In this document: positions 61,041 to 64,000 of the stretch, in pieces | Numbering within the stretch: the stretch's first letter is position 1 | Layout of the letters: the number at the start of each line of letters is the position of its first letter | The notes under the pieces: model-generated | The model's input: the letters and a program-made list of their open reading frames with translations, nothing else | Told to the model about the DNA's origin: nothing | Databases searched by the model: none | Source of the DNA: the human T2T-CHM13v2.0 reference genome, Homo sapiens | Length of the DNA: 64,000 nucleotides | Strand: one strand, 5' to 3' | NCBI RefSeq assembly: GCF_009914755.1 | Contig: NC_060937.1 | Translations under genes and position numbers: made by a program

Positions 61041-64000
61041 AGTAATTCCTGCCCTATCTGCCTCAGAGTTTTTTGAGCATCAAATGCATAGCAAGTGCTT
61101 GGGAAATTATAAAGCATATACAAAAGAAGTTATTATTGATAATAATAATATCTGCATTTAATACTATTTCTATGATAAAATACAATTTGAGGTCCTATAC
61201 AGGCACACCAAAACACATTTCCCTACTGTTTTGTTTTACTCTTTACCCCATTTTGGTAACAGGCTTTTAAAGCTTTTCTTGTCCACAGATTTCCCCCAAA
61301 TAGAGGACTGTTTAAACAACAAACAAAACAAAGAGGCAAAAGTTTACATTTTCTCCAGGACACAGTGAAGTTTCCTAGATGCTTTATGACCTATATCTGG
61401 ACATCTTATATAACACTAGATCTGCCTTTTGAATTAACAAGTCCTCTATTACTAAATAGCCTGGCCTAGAACAGTGGTTTGTGATCCCACCGGCTTGTTT
61501 GTGCTTGGCTTTTTTAACCCCAGTGTGAAATAATCTTATAGTGCCCCTAAAGGATGATTCTATTCTGTCCTTTGCCTAATGTTAATAATTATATTAGAGC
61601 TAGCACACAGCAGAGCCTAGTCTGTCAAACCTTCCAAGTCTGTACTACTCTTAATTGGGGGCCTTCTCACCAGTCAACAGACAGAAAAACTTCCTACAAC
61701 TGCTTCGGACAGTCCCTGTTATGCAACCCCTCAGCATTCCACAGGATTTGCTGATAGTGCAGGAGATGCACCATTGCTGATGGTGCCTTCTCATTGTCAA
61801 CCAAGCCCCAGTAACAAATACTACTGTCAGGTGGTAATGGCTGTGTCTATACAAAAAGAAAGGTATCAGCAGTTTCAGCACTGAAAAACAGTGACCGTAA
61901 CTCTTGGTGGAGCCGGTTTCCCTGAGGGCTTATTTTTCCAGAACCATGTGAGCTACAATGAAGTGACACCATAACTCAACATAACTCACAACATAACTCA
62001 CAGTCATGTTTTCAAGCATAGGAAATCCTCCATATTCACAAACTTCCACTTCTGAGAATTTGGAATGTTCCCTATTCCACTGATACAGTTTGATACCTCC
62101 AGCTGCACTCATATTTCTGTATGTAACACAGTTCTAAAAACTACATTGTCTTTAATAACGTACTAAAAATGAATTTGTTTTGCACCTTGTTAATTTTGTC
62201 TGTTTTTCTATGCTATCTCCAATGTCAGTAACAATTCCTATTAATTTGGGAAAAAAAAACAGAATATTCAGAAAACTAGATTCTAATGCCAACTATGCCA
62301 GTAACTAGCCATATGACCTTGGTCAAGTTTCTACCTCTTTACATATCATCAACTTTCTCTTCTTTATCTCAAAAAAACGATGTATATGTGTGAAAGCAGT
62401 TTTAAAATTCTAAAATACTAAACATGTATTTTTAAATATACTATAAAACAGCTTTTCATCAGTTGTATTTATTTTTTAATATATCCTCAACTATCACTCC
62501 TGCTTTCCAATATGCCTTAGAACTAGTTTTCCTAATAGGCATATGTTCTTTTCTTCATAAATAACTGTTTAGTCCTTTTCTTCAGATTCAAACTATACTG
62601 CTATAAACTCCTAGAAAGCATATGTCTGGGAGGAAGTTAAATTTATTTTTGATCTCTTATTTTTAAACAAATTTACTTTAATTAGAGCTCATTAAGTCGG
62701 ATTTTATATACTAACACTACCAATTGAAAAATAATAAAAAATGAATGTGAAGTAGGCCTAAATAAGTCAACGAGATTCAAAACTACAATTGAACCAGATT
62801 TTTCTGAAATTTCTCCAATGTGTTCAGTTATACAAAACTGGTTTTGGGTAATATGACACCTGTCATTGAAGTTACCCCTTCATCCAGTGCAAATTTAGGA
62901 GGAATTTTAATTAAATTTCACTAAACAAACCAATAAATCAGCTACACTTAACTATAGCATAGTACCAAAAACCATAAAACAGTAAATTTTCTACAGGAAA
63001 AAAAGTCTATTATTAAGCTTATGTTCCACAAATATATATTCAAAGAAAATATTGCTGGGGAAAATAAAAATAGATCTAACTATCAAAGCTATATTATTAT
63101 TCTTTAAACACTTTAAAGTGGAATAAAAGAAGCTTAAAGGTGAAACTTAAGCTTCATATGTAGAATGATGAATTATTGAATAGGTACTATACCGCAATTA
63201 AGTGTAGCAGGTTTAAAGTTACTTATTGTTTTTCATTATTCCTGTATGTCTTCACATCCCCAAATATAAGACAAAAGTATTAATGTAACTGACAAAAATA
63301 AACTGAATCTTAATGAATATTTTTTATGCATTTAGCTAAAAATTTTAAGAGTATAGTTATTTAATCCTTTGTACTGGCTTATCCACCTGAAATCAGATAA
63401 GGAAGTTTATATAATACATTTGGTTTTCTCCCAAGCATAAAATTAAAGGACATTTAAAATAACTATTTTGGAGAGCAATCGCTTATCACAGGCAATTAAG
63501 AACACAAATTTCCCTTATTATACTACCATCAGTTCGATTTGAGTACTCCACAAATGGTCATTCTATCAAATACTTTTTGATAGTAAACTTAAATACAGAA
63601 GAGTGTAAATAAACCTAAGTGTATGTAAACAAATAAGAACAAAATTAAACAAAGGTACAACAAGCTTTTCCATTTCTTCAGTTCTATCACTAAGTTATTA
63701 CTGGTTCAATACTTTTAGTTTCTTCTCTTAAAAGACATTTTCTACTTTGGGCCAGATTAGCTCCAAAGGTGAGAAACAGTATTACTTAGATAAAATCTTT
63801 TATTCCCTACTGCCTCTCCCATCCTTCTAAATTTCTAATAGCAGAAACTAAATTACTGCTAAGACTGAATCATCCTCATAGTTAGAAATACAAAGCTACT
63901 TAACTAAATTCTCACTTACCTGGTTTTTATTTAAATTCCATGAATCTTTGGAAGAAAGGATAAAAAGAATAGCAATAATACAATAGAAATAAATGAGCTG

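Overview
Human/primate genomic DNA, recognisable as the CCDC169 (C13orf38)-SPART (SPG20) locus, which lies next to SOHLH2. On the minus strand, seven CCDC169 coding exons splice in frame at GT-AG junctions (53226 down to 4124); the remaining 3' exon(s) lie left of the window. CCDC169 has a CpG-island promoter near 53.0-53.5 kb with adjacent E-box and CRE motifs. The last coding exon and 3' UTR of SPART lie upstream on the same strand (60133 and down). Most of the rest is interspersed repeat: Alus, a full-length Tigger1, a U6 snRNA/L1 chimeric retrogene, several solo LTRs, a MER4-group provirus remnant and older ERVL/L2/MIR debris. A ~5.4 kb retrocopy of an unidentified gene sits inside a MIR. 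Apart from the ORFs overlapping CCDC169 exon 3 and the SPART last exon, the ORF track is mostly repeat-derived or spurious. I cannot demonstrate a new biological system. The best leads are a possible stop-free 153-nt circRNA from CCDC169 exons 5-6, a candidate 26-nt truncating micro-exon in the last SPART intron, two locally templated insertions inside Tigger1, the unidentified retrocopy, and a frame switch created by skipping CCDC169 exon 4. Repeat subfamily names come from recalled consensus sequences, not from a RepeatMasker run.
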